A DNA stretch of 62,163 nt, from assembly GCA_019312665.1 (NCBI GenBank), contig JAFDCZ010000005.1, positions 1 to 62,163 of the forward strand. Direction: 5' to 3'. The position numbers and the translations under genes were made by a program. Every line of letters begins with the position of its first letter. Positions within the stretch are counted from its first letter, which is position 1. The notes beneath the pieces were generated by a model. It was given only the letters and a program-made list of their open reading frames with translations, did not search any database and was not told where the DNA came from. Source of the stretch: Deltaproteobacteria bacterium (lineage in GTDB: Bacteria > Myxococcota_A > UBA9160 > UBA6930). This document shows positions 27,647 through 37,315 of this stretch, piece after piece.

Positions 27647-29392
27647 CTACCGCGGCACGACGGATGCTGTCATCCGTTGGGCCGTCGACCGATTCGCCTG
27701 CAACTGACCCTGCGAGCCCGAGCGGTAAACGACCTCCCCTTCGAGGATCGTCATCTGCACGCGCGTTTCGCTGATGTCCTCAGGCAGGGTCTCGAACAGG
27801 TCACGATCGAGCACCACCAGGTCCGCCGCCTTTCCCACTTCGATCGAACCCGTCTCTGCCTCGCGATGATTCTGGTAGGCGGCTCCACGCGTATAGGCGA
27901 CGAGCAGCATTTTCAGCGTCAACGCCTCGCCGGGCACGAGGGACTCGCTGCTCCCGTTTTCAGGGCTCTTCCGAGTCATCCCGACTTCGATGGCCAGGAA
28001 GGGATTCATCGGCGTGAAGGGATAGTCGCTTCCTGCGCTCAGCCTGACGCCGAGATCCGCCAGCGAGCGGAACGGATACATCCATGCTTTGCGCTCATTG
28101 CCGATGGACGGGAAGAACGAAGCGGTCCACTCGTTCGGAAAGGCCCAATACGGGGAGATGTTCGCGATCACGTCGAGCTCTGCGAATCGCTCCAGATCGG
28201 CTGGGCGAGGATAGACGAGATGAGTGATGGCATGACGTCGGGCTTCACCGGGGTTTGCACGGCGCGCCGCCTCGATGGCATCGAGGGCTAGAGTCGTCGC
28301 CCTGTCACCTAGCGTGTGGAGCTGGATCGAGAAGCCTCGCCGATCGATCTCGACGACCGATCGATTCAGATCCTGAGCAGGGATATACACCGGCGAACTC
28401 GGCGAACCGTCGGCGTAGGCAGACGATGCCGCCGATCGGACCGACGTCCCCCCATCGACGAAGATCTTCACGACCTCCGCGTCCAGCCGATCCGTGGAGA
28501 AATCGGAGCGCAGGGCTTCGATCTCATCGAGCTGGGAGAGATCGCGCCGAGGATCGAAGAGCACGGCCATCGACACGCGGGCATCGAGAAGGCCCAGCAA
28601 TTCCAGGATCCGGTAGCCGGTGGCGACGCTCGGATCATCGAGACGCGCGTCCATCAGCGAGGTGTAGCCGTAGCTATTCATTCGCCGGATCGTGTCGCGG
28701 AGGCCCTTCAACGCGGCGAGCATCCCTGGCCTGGGCATGACCTTGATGACCATCTCGGTCGCCGTGTCCCGCAGGATACCGAGGGGTTCCTGGCTCTGCG
28801 GGTCACGCAGGATTTCTCCGCCGGCCGGGGTCGGCGTATCCCTCGTGATGCCGACAGACCGCATGGCGGGCGAGTTCAACCAGAACGTATGCATGTCCTT
28901 GGCAATCAGGACGGCCGGCCGATCCGGCACGATGCGATCCAGATCCGCCAGGCTCGGCGCGATCTCGGGCAGGTAGATCGACGATCGCCAGCCGAATCCC
29001 AGCACCCAATCGTCCTCGCGGCTCCCCGCACATTCCTGGACTGCTTCGAGGACCTCATCGTTGGAGCGTGCGTCATCGAGGCGACAGAGCGGTTCGAGCG
29101 CAACGCCCAACGGCGGATGGGTGTGGCTGTCCTGGAGACCGGGGAGGAGCATCTTGCCGGCCAGGTCGACGATCTCCGTGCCCTTTCGGATCAGAGCCCG
29201 GGCTTCCGCAGCGGCACCCACGAAGACGATCTGGCCGTCCGCGATGGCAACGGCTTCGGGCTGGCTTCCCGCGAGATCTGCCGTGAAGATCCGTCCTCCC
29301 AGAAAGACCATGTCCGCGCCGCCGGAGCCGGAAACACATCCGCCGAGAAGGAAGCCGCACAACAGGAGCGGAAGCAAGCGATGAGTTTCCAT
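27647..29392 (-). CDS. Amidohydrolase-family metal-dependent hydrolase, lipoprotein
   Basis: ATG at 29392 gives METHRLLPLLLCGFLLGGCVSG, a lipobox. LPGLQDSHTHP is the amidohydrolase HxH metal motif. The C-terminal ...VQMTILEGEVVY is the usual family end, followed here by about 22 extra aa. Confidence 0.8.
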   Translation of the reverse strand: METHRLLPLLLCGFLLGGCVSGSGGADMVFLGGRIFTADLAGSQPEAVAIADGQIVFVGAAAEARALIRKGTEIVDLAGKMLLPGLQDSHTHPPLGVALEPLCRLDDARSNDEVLEAVQECAGSREDDWVLGFGWRSSIYLPEIAPSLADLDRIVPDRPAVLIAKDMHTFWLNSPAMRSVGITRDTPTPAGGEILRDPQSQEPLGILRDTATEMVIKVMPRPGMLAALKGLRDTIRRMNSYGYTSLMDARLDDPSVATGYRILELLGLLDARVSMAVLFDPRRDLSQLDEIEALRSDFSTDRLDAEVVKIFVDGGTSVRSAASSAYADGSPSSPVYIPAQDLNRSVVEIDRRGFSIQLHTLGDRATTLALDAIEAARRANPGEARRHAITHLVYPRPADLERFAELDVIANISPYWAFPNEWTASFFPSIGNERKAWMYPFRSLADLGVRLSAGSDYPFTPMNPFLAIEVGMTRKSPENGSSESLVPGEALTLKMLLVAYTRGAAYQNHREAETGSIEVGKAADLVVLDRDLFETLPEDISETRVQMTILEGEVVYRSGSQGQLQANRSTAQRMTASVVPR

Positions 29393-29417
29393 GAAAGACT
29401 CCTTGCGGTCCAGAACG

Positions 29418-30029
29418 CTAACCGACCCGCTCGGTGATGGGCACATACCCGGGTTGGCTACGAACACGCTCCAGCCAAGCTCGCACCGCCGGATAGCTCG
29501 CCAGCTCGAAGCCACCCTCTTCTGCCACGTGGGTATACGCGTAGAGCGCGATGTCGGCGATCGAATAGCATTCTCCAACGAAGAACGGCCTCTGGCCAAG
29601 ATGGCGTTCCATCACGCCCAGGCCGGCTTCGCCACCGGAACGTTTCGCCGCGATCTCCTCTTCCGAGTGTGCTGCAAGCGTTCCGGCGTGATGCCAGAAG
29701 CGCAGGACCGCGACGAACGGCTCATGGCTGTACTGCTCGAACGCCATCCACTGAAGGACCTGGGCTCGCCCCAGACGATCCTCGGGAAGAAACCGGGTCC
29801 CCTCGGCCAGGTACCACTGGATGGCATTCGATTCGGCCAGGGTCGTGCCGTCCGGCAACTCGAGCAACGGAATGCGGCCGTTCGGGTTCTTCGCGAGGAA
29901 TTCCCGAGTGCGCGTCTCTCCCTTCAAGATGTCCAACTCAACGCGCTCGAACGGGATACCGAGCTGGGTGAGCAGCAAGCGAACCTTGTAGCCGTTTCCC
30001 GACTCCAGATAGTCGTAGAGCTGAAGCAT
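29418..30029 (-). CDS. Glutathione S-transferase
   Basis: 203 aa. N-terminal thioredoxin-like fold MLQLYDYLESGNGYKVRLLL...NPNGRIPLLELPDGTTLAESNAIQWYL. Confidence 0.9.
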   Translation of the reverse strand: MLQLYDYLESGNGYKVRLLLTQLGIPFERVELDILKGETRTREFLAKNPNGRIPLLELPDGTTLAESNAIQWYLAEGTRFLPEDRLGRAQVLQWMAFEQYSHEPFVAVLRFWHHAGTLAAHSEEEIAAKRSGGEAGLGVMERHLGQRPFFVGECYSIADIALYAYTHVAEEGGFELASYPAVRAWLERVRSQPGYVPITERVG

Positions 30030-30031
30030 CC

Positions 30032-30460
30032 CTACTCAGCAGGAGCCGCCGAAGGGGGCAGGAGCCGCAGCACCGTGGGACGCGTGGTTCGGAACCTGCT
30101 CATCAGCCGTTGCATCCAGCCGTACTTCTCCTTGAAGGCCTCCTCCACCCGGTCGTAGACCTCGGCGTCTTCCTCCTCCTCCGCCTGGACATCGAGTTCG
30201 ACCTCACCGGCGCGGATCTTCACCTCGGAACCCCGACGGATGTTGGCCAGCCAGGTCGAATCATTCGTGCGGATGTAGCCCGCCGCATCGACGACGACGA
30301 TCCAGATCGGCGTTTCTCGCGTTTCGCCGTCGTCATCCTGGGTCGTGATTTCGATCGTGTCGGTCGCATCGAACGCGGACCAGACGTCGTCCGCCCGGGC
30401 CGGGTCGGCGCCAAGCGCGACCGCCAGAACGATCAGCAGCATCGAGAAGCCTAGTTTCAC
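30032..30460 (-). CDS. Hypothetical secreted protein
   Basis: GTG at 30460 is preceded by AGGAGGA. It gives VKLGFSMLLIVLAVALGADPARA (signal peptide) followed by about 120 aa. The long track ORF upstream is Arg/Pro-rich, non-coding-looking sequence. Confidence 0.45.
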   Translation of the reverse strand: MKLGFSMLLIVLAVALGADPARADDVWSAFDATDTIEITTQDDDGETRETPIWIVVVDAAGYIRTNDSTWLANIRRGSEVKIRAGEVELDVQAEEEEDAEVYDRVEEAFKEKYGWMQRLMSRFRTTRPTVLRLLPPSAAPAE

Positions 30461-30526
30461 GAAGCATCCTCCTTGGGGCGCTGACGCTAACGCGGGGCAG
30501 GCGCGAAAGCACACCCGATTGAATCC

Positions 30527-31333
30527 ATGGCCCCGCCCAAACTGCGGGCTGAACGCCGGGTAAAGCCCCGAGGGCGAGAAGCCGATCTGCCACCCATGCG
30601 TTGGATTGCCGCAATCGGCGGAGGGGCGTTCGTCTTGGCGAGCTTGGCGGTCGGAATCCGCCTGCTGCTGCTTGCCGCTCGCACGCGAGGGCTGCCGGAG
30701 ACGACCCTCGGGTTCGGCCTGGCCCTGATGGGCGGGCTCGCCTACCCGCTGACCAACGTGGCACGCCAGGCCCAGGCCCTCTCGGACGAGACGCGAACCG
30801 GAATGATGGTCGCCGCCCATGTTCTGATGGTCATCGGGGTCGGATGCATCGCGATCTTTACGTGGCAGGTGTTTCGCCCGGGGAGCCGCTTCGCGCGCGG
30901 CGGAGTAGTTGGGATCCTCGTTGCGCTGGTCGCCTGCTTCATCTGGCAGGGGATTTCGCCGGGCTACCGTGCGGGAGCTCTCGCCAAGGAGGGTCTTGCC
31001 ATCGTCGGGATCAACGGGCTTGCGGCCGTGGCCATGGGCTGGACCGCCGTCGAGTCTCTTCGCTACGCCGCACTTCTTCGCCGCCGGATCCCGCTTGGGC
31101 TCGCCGAGCCCCGGATCGCGCGTCAGGTGACGTTGTGGGGAATGGCTTCGGGCGCGGCAACCTTGATCGCTCTCGTCGCACTCGGCCTGCATGCGGTCGG
31201 ACTCGACCCGGCGACCTCCACCGCCGGCGCATTGGTCATCGGCCCCTTCGGCCTCGTTGCCGCGATTTGCCTCTCCAAGGCTTTCGGCGGGAGCAGCTCA
31301 CCACGGACCGCACGAGCAGAAGACGCCAGCTGA
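30527..31333 (+). CDS. Hypothetical polytopic membrane protein (alternative start ATG 30596)
   Basis: 268 aa with about 6-7 hydrophobic helices. I recognised no family. Confidence 0.5.
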   Translation: MAPPKLRAERRVKPRGREADLPPMRWIAAIGGGAFVLASLAVGIRLLLLAARTRGLPETTLGFGLALMGGLAYPLTNVARQAQALSDETRTGMMVAAHVLMVIGVGCIAIFTWQVFRPGSRFARGGVVGILVALVACFIWQGISPGYRAGALAKEGLAIVGINGLAAVAMGWTAVESLRYAALLRRRIPLGLAEPRIARQVTLWGMASGAATLIALVALGLHAVGLDPATSTAGALVIGPFGLVAAICLSKAFGGSSSPRTARAEDAS

Positions 31334-31400
31334 CTGCGGGTCCAGCCCTTTGGCGCGCCGGGGTTGACCTCCCACCGGCAGCCCCGCTACCGACACAGCC

Positions 31401-32774
31401 ATGAGCGACGCCCCCCTCCACCCTTCCAAGGGCGAGGAGCCGAAGCGTCGCGGCACGGGAACCACCCAACGCGTCTGGCAACTCGCGTGGCCGGCCATCG
31501 CCACCAACCTGCTGCACTCCATCGTCGGCATGGTCGACATCAAGGTCGTCGGCTCCCTCGGCGCATCGGCCGTCGCCGCGGTGACCACGGGCCACCGCGT
31601 CTTCTTCATCCTGCAGGGGGTGATGATGGCCGTCACGGCGGGCACCACAGCCCTGGTGGCACGATCCTGGGGTGCCGGCGATCGAGGCGAAGCCGAGCGC
31701 GTCACCCGGACCTCGCTTTGGATGTGCATGGCCTTCGCCGGAGTCCTGACGCTGCCGGGCTTTTTCTTCGCCGACGAGATGGCCGGGCTCTTCAAGGGCC
31801 TGGACCCGGAGACGATGGCCCTCGCGGCCAGCTTCATCCGGACGATCTCGCTCTTCAACGTGGCCTTCGCGATCAACATCGTGCTCGGCACGGCGTTACG
31901 TGCGGCGGGCGATACGCGCACGCCCCTGCTCATCGCGATGGCGACGAACCTGGTCAACGTATTCCTGCTCTACGGTCTGGTCTTCGGGCAATTCGGTCTG
32001 CCGGAGCTCGGCGTGCGCGGCGCGGCGATGGCCAATGGCATGGCCTTCGCTTTCGGCGCCGTTCTCACGCTAGGCCTATGGCTCGCACGGGTTCTGGTGA
32101 TCCGCTGGGGCCCGATCGGCGGCGATTTCGACCGCAGCCGCATTCGGCAGATCCTGCACATCGGCTACCCCTCCGGCCTCGAGCAATTCGTCTTCCAGAC
32201 CGGCCTGATGACTTTCCTGATGATCGTCGCCCGCTACGGAGAAGCGCCCTACGCCGCCTACAGCATCGGCGTGAACATCCTCTCCTTCTCGTTCCTCGTG
32301 GGCTTCGGTTTCTCCATCGCGTCCTCGACCCTCGTCGGCCAGAACCTGGGAGCGAACGACCCGGACGCCGCCGAGCGAAGCGGCTGGCGGGCCATGTTCT
32401 TGTCGATCGGCGTGATGGTGGTCTTCGGCGCGGTGATCATCGCCGTGGCCGAACCCTTCGCTCGCTTCCTGATCGATGACGACGAGGTGGTCCGCCTCGC
32501 CGTCATCTTCATCTGGCTGCTCGGCTCGGTACAAGCGCTGATGGGCATCGAGTTCGCACTCAGCGGTGCCCTGCGCGGCGCCGGCGATACACGCTTCCCC
32601 TTGTGGATCGTCTTCGCCGGCTTCTTCCTGGGCCGGATTCCCCTGGCCCTCGTGCTCGCATGGCTGGGCTGGAGCGTCGAGTGGGTCTTCGCAGCTCTCC
32701 TCGCGGATTACGTCATCAAGGCCATCGGCCTCGTCCTCCGCTTCCGCAACGGACGCTGGAAGCATGCCTTCTGA
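31401..32774 (+). CDS. MATE family efflux transporter
   Basis: 457 aa with 12 TM-like segments. N-terminal VWQLAWPAIATNLLHSIVGMVDIKVVGSLG is typical of MATE/NorM proteins. Confidence 0.9.
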   Translation: MSDAPLHPSKGEEPKRRGTGTTQRVWQLAWPAIATNLLHSIVGMVDIKVVGSLGASAVAAVTTGHRVFFILQGVMMAVTAGTTALVARSWGAGDRGEAERVTRTSLWMCMAFAGVLTLPGFFFADEMAGLFKGLDPETMALAASFIRTISLFNVAFAINIVLGTALRAAGDTRTPLLIAMATNLVNVFLLYGLVFGQFGLPELGVRGAAMANGMAFAFGAVLTLGLWLARVLVIRWGPIGGDFDRSRIRQILHIGYPSGLEQFVFQTGLMTFLMIVARYGEAPYAAYSIGVNILSFSFLVGFGFSIASSTLVGQNLGANDPDAAERSGWRAMFLSIGVMVVFGAVIIAVAEPFARFLIDDDEVVRLAVIFIWLLGSVQALMGIEFALSGALRGAGDTRFPLWIVFAGFFLGRIPLALVLAWLGWSVEWVFAALLADYVIKAIGLVLRFRNGRWKHAF

Positions 32775-32810
32775 CTGCTTGCCAATGCCGGGTTCTCCTG
32801 TCGGGAGTTC

Positions 32811-34331
32811 CTATCGCTTCCCTGGCACGTAGGGATCGGGCGTTCCCAGCGGTATTGGCGGTTCCAAGGCCAGACTCTTTCGATGTTCCATGACGAGTTT
32901 CATGACTGCCGGCATTACCCAGAAGTTGTCCTCTCCATCACGCCCACCGTACTCGATGATGTCGTACAGCTCTTTCGGATCAGTAAGAAGGTTGTACAAG
33001 CGCGGCATCCCCGGGTTTTCGATGACCGAACGCATTGTCGCCTGCGTCTTGAAGTGCAATTTCCAGTTCCGCCATTTGTAGCCTTGAAATGTATCGCCGT
33101 TGTAGACGGGAAAACCGTCCCGGACTGATTGGCTGGACTCTCCGGTGAGAAAATCGACCTGATCCAGTCCATCGATCGTTCGATCACTGGGCAACGCTGC
33201 GCCCGCCAGACGAGCGAACGTGGGGTACAGGTCGGTGATGTGCATGATCTCGTTGTGTTTGGTGCCCGCTTTGATTTTCCCCGGCCAGCGAATCAGGAAG
33301 GGCGTACGAAGAGACCCCTCGAGAGCTGTGAAGTAGGTACCACGCCATGGTCCGGACGTTCCATGATGTGGATAGATCTCTTCCGGACCGTTCTCGCTCA
33401 TCCAAATGAAAACCGTATTGTCGCGAACCCCGAGTTCATCGACCGCGTCGAGCAGTTGACCGGCACGATGATCCACTTCAGTCAATACGTCGGCCCAGCG
33501 TCCGTTGCCGGTGGCACCTGCAAAATCGGGGTGAGGTATCGTCGGCAAGTGAACCTGCGTGTAGGGGACATAGGCAAAGAACGGTTTTTCCTCTTTGACA
33601 CTGCGCTTCATGAATTGGATCGCGCGGTCCGTGAGTTCTGAGTCAATCTCACTGCGAGCACGGCGGTCGTAGACTTTCACCTCCGTTGGCGGCTTGTCTC
33701 TCGTGCTCTTCTGGATATGCGGCACTTCGACGACATCAGGGTCAAATTGAAACCCCTCCGAATAGGTCGACTCATCGGTGGTATTCGCGATGCCGTACCA
33801 CTCATCGAATCCCTGATCTGTCGGGAAACGACCGTTGACTTCACCGAGATGCCATTTTCCGAACATGCCGGTCGCGTAGCCGTTTTCTGACAACAACTCA
33901 GCGATTGTCACCTCCCACTGCGTCATGCCGTAGAGCTGACCCCAGACCACCTTGGTCGTACCCGAACGAATCGCGTGTCGACCCGTCATCAATGCCGAGC
34001 GGCTCGGTGTGCATTGCGTTTCGACATTGAAATTGAGGAACTGCATTCCCTCTGCGGCGAGTTGGTCGAGACGCGGTGTTTCGGCACCGCGCAAGATTCC
34101 TCCGCCGTAAGCGCCGATCTCGCCCCAGCCAAGGTTGTCCATGACCACCAGCACCACGTTGGGCTTGTCTTGCGCAGACGCAATCGACGACAGCAACACG
34201 ACGATCAAAAGAGTGAAGGATGCCCTGAATCTGCCCACGAATTGGTTCCCTATTCTGTGTATGAAGACAAATATTCTCGTTGGACTGCTGAAAAACAGTA
34301 TGCCAAGAATGTGCCGAGGATGGCGATGCAT
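32811..34331 (-). CDS. Arylsulfatase (formylglycine-dependent sulfatase family)
   Basis: KPNVVLVVMDNLGWGE...QCTPSRSALMTGRH carries the C-x-P-x-R FGly motif, and GKWHLG follows downstream. The likely real start is GTG 34238 (VGRFRASFTLLIVVLLSSIASA signal peptide). G+C is visibly lower than in the neighbours. Confidence 0.9.
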   Translation of the reverse strand: MHRHPRHILGILFFSSPTRIFVFIHRIGNQFVGRFRASFTLLIVVLLSSIASAQDKPNVVLVVMDNLGWGEIGAYGGGILRGAETPRLDQLAAEGMQFLNFNVETQCTPSRSALMTGRHAIRSGTTKVVWGQLYGMTQWEVTIAELLSENGYATGMFGKWHLGEVNGRFPTDQGFDEWYGIANTTDESTYSEGFQFDPDVVEVPHIQKSTRDKPPTEVKVYDRRARSEIDSELTDRAIQFMKRSVKEEKPFFAYVPYTQVHLPTIPHPDFAGATGNGRWADVLTEVDHRAGQLLDAVDELGVRDNTVFIWMSENGPEEIYPHHGTSGPWRGTYFTALEGSLRTPFLIRWPGKIKAGTKHNEIMHITDLYPTFARLAGAALPSDRTIDGLDQVDFLTGESSQSVRDGFPVYNGDTFQGYKWRNWKLHFKTQATMRSVIENPGMPRLYNLLTDPKELYDIIEYGGRDGEDNFWVMPAVMKLVMEHRKSLALEPPIPLGTPDPYVPGKR

Positions 34332-34369
34332 CCCAGACGGGCGACACGAGAGGGGCCCCTCTCCAGCCT

Positions 34370-35524
34370 CTAGAACCGCACCTGCATCTGCTCAATGCCC
34401 ACGACGAAATTCGATTCGCGAACCGGAAGGGCGTCCTCGCTGGCGAGTTCGATCTCCGGAAGGCGTGGCAACAGCTCTTCGAACATCACGCGCAGTTCGA
34501 GGCGAGCCAGCGCATTCCCCAGACAGAAATGACTGCCGTAGCCGCCAAACGCAACGTGAGGATTCGGATCGCGTTTCACATCGAAGCGGAAGGGATCCTG
34601 AAATACGGCCTCGTCGCGATTCGCCGATGTGTAGAGGAGCAGGAGGCGATCGCCCTCTTCGACCTCGAAGTCGTCGATACGAGCGGACCGCGTTGCCGTT
34701 CGCATCATGTTCGCGATCGGGGTGACCCAGCGGAGCATCTCTTCCACGGCAAGCGGAATCCCAGTCGGATCGGCGATGAGTGCAGCGCGCTGGCCTGGAT
34801 GAAGCAGGAGCTGGTGCATTCCACCCGTGATCACATGACGGGTGGTCTCATCCCCTCCGTTCAGGATCAGGAGCGATTCGAAGATCAAGCTCGGATCGTC
34901 CAGCTTCTCGCCGTCGATCTCGGCGTGAACGAGCATCCCCATCAGATCATCGGTCTTGCCGGTTCGGCGCCGCTCCGCGACGACGGCCATGCAGTAGTCC
35001 TGATACTCGGTGAAGGCCGCCGCCGCTCGCGCCCCGGCTCGGGGATCCGGGTTGCCGCCCGCGCTCATGGTGGCATCCGACCACTCCAGCAACTGGTCGT
35101 GGTCCTCCTCCCGTACGCCCAACAGATCGGCGATCACGATCAACGGCAAGCGGGCCGCCACCTCCCGCACGAACTCGCACTCGCCCCGGGGCTGAACGCT
35201 GTCGACCAACCCCCGGCAGATCTCGCGAATGCGCGGTTCCATCTCGGCCACCCGCCGCGGCGTGAACCCCGCGTTGACCAGACCGCGCCGAACCATGTGC
35301 TCGGGCCGATCCATGTTGATCATCATCGGCATGATCGGCGCGTCGGGGCGGAAGCCCCGGCCGGAGCAGAAGGTCGTCGCATCCTTGGAGACGGCCATGA
35401 TGTCGGCGTGTCGGGTCACGCCGAGCAGACCATTCGAGTCTCGGAAGACGGGCTCATTCGCCCGCATCCAGGTGCAGGCTTCGTGCATGTTGTGGGCGAA
35501 GAAGCGCCTATCTAGGTAGCTCAT
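34370..35524 (-). CDS. Cytochrome P450
   Basis: ATG at 35524. Carries the heme-binding loop FGGYGSHFCLGNALA, an EXXR region, and an I-helix-like NGGDETT. Confidence 0.9.
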   Translation of the reverse strand: MSYLDRRFFAHNMHEACTWMRANEPVFRDSNGLLGVTRHADIMAVSKDATTFCSGRGFRPDAPIMPMMINMDRPEHMVRRGLVNAGFTPRRVAEMEPRIREICRGLVDSVQPRGECEFVREVAARLPLIVIADLLGVREEDHDQLLEWSDATMSAGGNPDPRAGARAAAAFTEYQDYCMAVVAERRRTGKTDDLMGMLVHAEIDGEKLDDPSLIFESLLILNGGDETTRHVITGGMHQLLLHPGQRAALIADPTGIPLAVEEMLRWVTPIANMMRTATRSARIDDFEVEEGDRLLLLYTSANRDEAVFQDPFRFDVKRDPNPHVAFGGYGSHFCLGNALARLELRVMFEELLPRLPEIELASEDALPVRESNFVVGIEQMQVRF

Positions 35525-35540
35525 CTCGGGTCGGGTATCC

Positions 35541-35843
35541 TCAGCCAAGAGACCATTTCGAGCTGACCTCGTACTTGTGGACGACCATCTCCTTGATCCC
35601 GAGCCCGCCCATGGCCGCCTGGAACACGGCCATATGCGGTGCCTTGAAGTGGAGATCGAGCGCCTCCTGGCTCTCCCATTCCTCGAAGATCCGGATTCGA
35701 CCTTCCTCCACGAGATCCACCGCAAAGCAGTAGGCGTTGCAGCCCTCTTCCTTCAGCGTCTCCCGCACCATTTCCTCTGTGGCCGCGCGAGCGTCCTCGA
35801 TCTTGGTGGGGTCGAGACTCACATGACCAGCGACGACGAGCAT
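35541..35843 (-). CDS. ABM (antibiotic biosynthesis monooxygenase-like) domain protein
   Basis: 100 aa ferredoxin-like fold protein. EEGCNAYCFAVD...IFEEWESQEALDLHFKAPHM is the typical ABM pattern. Confidence 0.7.
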   Translation of the reverse strand: MLVVAGHVSLDPTKIEDARAATEEMVRETLKEEGCNAYCFAVDLVEEGRIRIFEEWESQEALDLHFKAPHMAVFQAAMGGLGIKEMVVHKYEVSSKWSLG

Positions 35844-35868
35844 GACGGCCCTCCTTGGGGCGCCGATC

Positions 35869-36735
35869 CTAACCCGTGCCCGCAGCCGGTGGCCAGCCCT
35901 CGAGGAGTCCTAGCTTCTTGCACAATTCCTGGGCGTGGACCGTCTTCCCCTGCCACGCCTCGGCCTCCGGATCGTCGGCAAGCCATGCGATCACGGCCGC
36001 GGGCACTTCCGGCGGCGCTCCACCCCATTGCTTCGCGAACTGCTCGGTCAGTCCGCGCTCTTCCATCGTCTCGGTGAGCACGAAACCCGGCTCGACGTTG
36101 ACGAAACGCACGCCCTGCCCCGCATGCTCCACCGCCAGCACCCCGGCCAGACGCAGGAACGCAGCCTTCGAACTGGCATAGCCGTAGCCCCAGCCGCCCT
36201 GCCCGGTCGGCCGTGGCGGGTCCATCATGGCCGCCTGCGAAACCATGTTCACGATGCATCCCCTGCCACGCTCCAGCATCGAGGGCAACACCGCCTGCAC
36301 CAGTGCCAGCTGGTTCACCACATTGCCGAGAAACAAGCGTTCGAGATCCTCGACGCGAAGATCCAGCACGGTATCCATCGTCCCCGGGCCCTGGTAGATC
36401 GCGTTGTTCACCAGCACATCGATTCCGCCCCAGACGGATTCGGCATCCCTCACCGCCGCATGGATCGAATCCCGATCGAGCAGATCCATCCGAATCGAAT
36501 ACGCCTCACCGCCAGCGGAGCGAATCGCCCGCTCGGTTACTTCGAGACTGCCGGGCATCGTCTTGAAGTCGGACACCCTTGCGACATTCGAATACTCGAA
36601 CCGCTCTCCCGTCTTCAACGTCCGTGCCGTCAACACCACCGAGTAGCCGCGGGCGGCCAGCGTAAGCGCCGTGACCTTGCCGATCCCGCGGCTCGCCCCG
36701 GTGACGAATGCGACGCGGCGTGACGTTTCAGACAT
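35869..36735 (-). CDS. Short-chain dehydrogenase/reductase (SDR)
   Basis: 288 aa. TGASRGIG cofactor motif, NNAI, and the YASSKAA catalytic YxxxK. Confidence 0.9.
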   Translation of the reverse strand: MSETSRRVAFVTGASRGIGKVTALTLAARGYSVVLTARTLKTGERFEYSNVARVSDFKTMPGSLEVTERAIRSAGGEAYSIRMDLLDRDSIHAAVRDAESVWGGIDVLVNNAIYQGPGTMDTVLDLRVEDLERLFLGNVVNQLALVQAVLPSMLERGRGCIVNMVSQAAMMDPPRPTGQGGWGYGYASSKAAFLRLAGVLAVEHAGQGVRFVNVEPGFVLTETMEERGLTEQFAKQWGGAPPEVPAAVIAWLADDPEAEAWQGKTVHAQELCKKLGLLEGWPPAAGTG

Positions 36736-36780
36736 GGCGTACCTCCGGAGGGGATCCCGGTCGCGGAAACGGGCCCGCGC

Positions 36781-37260
36781 TCAGATCCGAATTCGGACCG
36801 CGAAACCCGAGCGACTCGCCCCACGCACGAGATCCTGGAGCCGTGCAAGGGAGCGCTGGTATTCACGGTTGTTGATGCGCAGGCGCAGCTGCCGCAGAGG
36901 GGGGCCGGGATCCTCGGCAAACGGAAACTCCCAGATGTCGCCGTAGGTCTTTCGATCGGCCTCGTACAGAATGGCGGAAGCTTCATCGATCGCAGCCTGG
37001 GGGATCAGCGCGTCGCGGCCGCTTCCGACCGGGCCCAACTCCAGATCGAGCCGATTCAGCTCGTCCACCACTCCGTGCCCGAGCAGCGCGTGAGTGGTGT
37101 TGGGCGAGAGCAGAACGCGGGTATTCGTCGTGAGCTCCGAGGCCTCATCTTCCCAGACCCAGCCCGCCTCACCAACGCGCAACTCCGGATGCGCCTCCGG
37201 CGGGGGCGCCTCCAGCACGATCGGTTCGGGCGAGGCGAAGCCCCCTCGCGCATCCCACAT
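36781..37260 (-). CDS. Hypothetical protein
   Basis: 159-aa ORF with coding-like composition. I recognised no motif. Confidence 0.4.
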   Translation of the reverse strand: MWDARGGFASPEPIVLEAPPPEAHPELRVGEAGWVWEDEASELTTNTRVLLSPNTTHALLGHGVVDELNRLDLELGPVGSGRDALIPQAAIDEASAILYEADRKTYGDIWEFPFAEDPGPPLRQLRLRINNREYQRSLARLQDLVRGASRSGFAVRIRI

Positions 37261-37315
37261 GGCCAGAAGGTTAGCTCGCGGCTAGGGTTCTTCCTTCCCC
37301 CTGGAGGACGGTTCG

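Noticed and set aside
27596-27706. A plus-strand reading IDDWLEDYRRHFHGRLY that superficially resembles a second, inverted transposase tail (W.EDYN.HRPH).
   Set aside because: The similarity is short and needs a gap. The DNA shows no inverted-repeat relationship to the minus-strand fragment. The region also overlaps the 3' end of the amidohydrolase ORF. I treat it as coincidence unless a database search says otherwise.
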